From Candidatus Binatia bacterium (GTDB taxonomy: Bacteria; Desulfobacterota; Binatia; UBA9968; CAXXLF01): a DNA stretch of 64,000 nucleotides. The DNA is taken from the NCBI GenBank assembly GCA_963664015.2, contig CAXXLF010000002.1, forward strand, positions 1,568,001-1,632,000. The letters are read 5' to 3'. Below the pieces are notes generated by a model. It saw nothing but the letters and a program-made list of their open reading frames with translations, was not told where the DNA came from and made no database searches. A program made the translations under genes and the position numbers. Below are positions 62,420 to 64,000 of this stretch, in pieces (position 1 is the first letter of the stretch; each line of letters opens with the position of its first letter).

Positions 62420-63283
62420 ATGCCTCTTGTGAATGCACTGGCTGCGAGCCATGCACCCAACATCCTTATGGAACCGGGCGCGGAGTGGGAGGACTTCATG
62501 AAGCTCCACTACCGTATGGCTCCGCATACTTCGGGGTCTGGACCCTCTCTGGAAGTCCAAAAGAAGCTCCGGGCCGATGCAGAAAAGGCTTTTAGCGTGC
62601 TTCAGGCAGAGTTAATCGCCTCCCGTCCGGATGCGCTGATTGTCGTAGCCAATGACCAGTTTGTTAATTTTTTCTACAACAACATTCCAACCTTTTATGT
62701 GACCTTAGCGGATGAAGTGGAAGGGCAATTCACTCGGCACCATTTCCATTACCAAAACCACAAAGAGCTGGGCCAAGCCATCCTCAAGTCTGGGCTGGAA
62801 AAGGGTATTGACCTATCCTTTGGTCGCTACGTGGAATTGCAACACACACAGGTTGTCCCACTCTATTTTCTCCTGCCTGAACCCACAATTCCAATCCTTC
62901 CCATCTATGTGAATACATGGGTAAGCCCACTGCCCACGCCCCTTCGTTGCTACCGCTTAGGAGAAGTCATTCGGGAGGTTGCCGAGGAGCGTGGGGAACG
63001 AGTAGCCATCATGGCTACCGGTGGCCTATCACACTTTCCCGGTTCCCCGAAGATCGGGGAGATCGATACGGAATTCGACCATAAGCTTTTACAAATCATA
63101 CGTGATGGCCAGGGCAGAACCCTAACGGCGCACTCTTCTGATTACTTCTTTCAGGCGGGAAACTCCGAGTTCCTTAACTGGATGGTTGTTTTGGGAGTCG
63201 TCGGGGAAACCAAGGCTTCCGCGACTTTTTACATGCCGGACCAAGTGGCAACAGGTTGGGGGTTCGCCAGCTGGAGGCTATGA
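62420..63283 (+). CDS. LigB/MhpB-like extradiol dioxygenase catalytic subunit
   Basis: SHAP, NDQF, LQH, TGGLSH and E..NW motifs. Confidence 0.88.
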   Translation: MPLVNALAASHAPNILMEPGAEWEDFMKLHYRMAPHTSGSGPSLEVQKKLRADAEKAFSVLQAELIASRPDALIVVANDQFVNFFYNNIPTFYVTLADEVEGQFTRHHFHYQNHKELGQAILKSGLEKGIDLSFGRYVELQHTQVVPLYFLLPEPTIPILPIYVNTWVSPLPTPLRCYRLGEVIREVAEERGERVAIMATGGLSHFPGSPKIGEIDTEFDHKLLQIIRDGQGRTLTAHSSDYFFQAGNSEFLNWMVVLGVVGETKASATFYMPDQVATGWGFASWRL

Positions 63284-63386
63284 GGAACCAAATCGTTATT
63301 CGTCAATAGTCAATCGTGAGTTTGGAGTTGAGCTTTCGGACTCATGACCATCGACCCCATAACTAACAACCTCGTCGGTGACGCTT

Positions 63387-63632
63387 ATGAGCAGTTACCA
63401 TCTAAATCGATTCCTTTTCGACCTGAAGATGAACGAAGCCACGTTGAGGCAGGCACGGACTGATCTTAGTGCGGCTATGGATCCATACGACCTCACACCC
63501 GAAGAAAAGGATGCACTGAGTGCCCGAGACCCCAAGCGGGTGAGGCAACTGGGGGCACACGGCATGCTTGCCCTTTGGATTATGCAATTGGACCCTGAGT
63601 TTCAAACGAATACTTATTGGACGCAGAAATAG
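63387..63632 (+). CDS. LigA-like small subunit
   Basis: MSSYHLNRFL...YDLTPEEK..L...D...LGAH pattern, next to ligB. Confidence 0.75.
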   Translation: MSSYHLNRFLFDLKMNEATLRQARTDLSAAMDPYDLTPEEKDALSARDPKRVRQLGAHGMLALWIMQLDPEFQTNTYWTQK

Positions 63633-63639
63633 GAAGAGA

Positions 63640-63895
63640 GACAGAGATAGAGACAGGGAAACGAAAAGAGCAAGACACAGAGGGCAAAGCCCAATGCGCA
63701 ATGAGACTACTGACCACTGAACTACAGGACCACAAAATAGCAAGCAGCATACAGAAAGAGAGCCGAATCCGAATACTGAGAACCGTTTACTGAAAACTGA
63801 TAATTAAACAATAAGCTCAATCCGGAGCTGAACGCTGACAGCTGACGGCTGAGAGCTAAACTCCGGGGGCTAAGCGCTTTACGCTATGCAGAAAG
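63640..63895. repeat. Modular intergenic repeat block
   Basis: 63767-63842 is nearly identical to 6061-6136; also GACTACTGACCAC units. Confidence 0.8.
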
Positions 63896-63947
63896 GGCTA
63901 GCCACTCAACACTATTATGCTAAAAGCATCGGGGAGGAATTAAAAAG

Positions 63948-64000
63948 ATGGATCTTGGATTAAAGGGTAAGGTAGCAATGGTCGCTGCGGCCAGCAAGGG
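63948..64000 (+). CDS. SDR family oxidoreductase, 5' partial
   Basis: MDLGLKGKVAMVAAASKG after a GGAGG RBS. Confidence 0.8.
   Translation, partial: MDLGLKGKVAMVAAASK

Overview
Bacterial chromosomal window, moderately GC-rich. The gene repertoire (many amidohydrolase-2 proteins, bicupins, Rieske oxygenases, LigAB dioxygenases, Bug/ABC binding proteins) resembles uncultured deltaproteobacteria-like lineages such as Binatia; this is inference only. I found no rRNA, convincing tRNA, CRISPR array, transposase or integrase. From 1 to 33 kb the genes are mostly intact catabolic and transport genes, including a minus-strand cluster (binding protein, Rieske oxygenase, LigB, ACMSD-like enzyme, bicupin, orphan EutA-like ATPase, double-MaoC), three tandem membrane spermidine-synthase-like genes and an OsmC-family gene split by an in-frame UGA with a SECIS-like hairpin (probable selenoprotein). 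From 33 to 56 kb there are about a dozen pseudogenes, interleaved with intact genes: SWIB/H1-like plus sirtuin, rhomboid/Zn-peptidase/ATP-grasp, and a divergent DAHP-synthase-like, IspH-like and 3Cys-1Asp ferredoxin group. The right end carries lrp-gltB, an L,D-transpeptidase and ligB/ligA-like genes. Many intergenic gaps are filled by a family of modular, nested palindromic repeats. All product calls come from motif recognition by eye; no searches were run.
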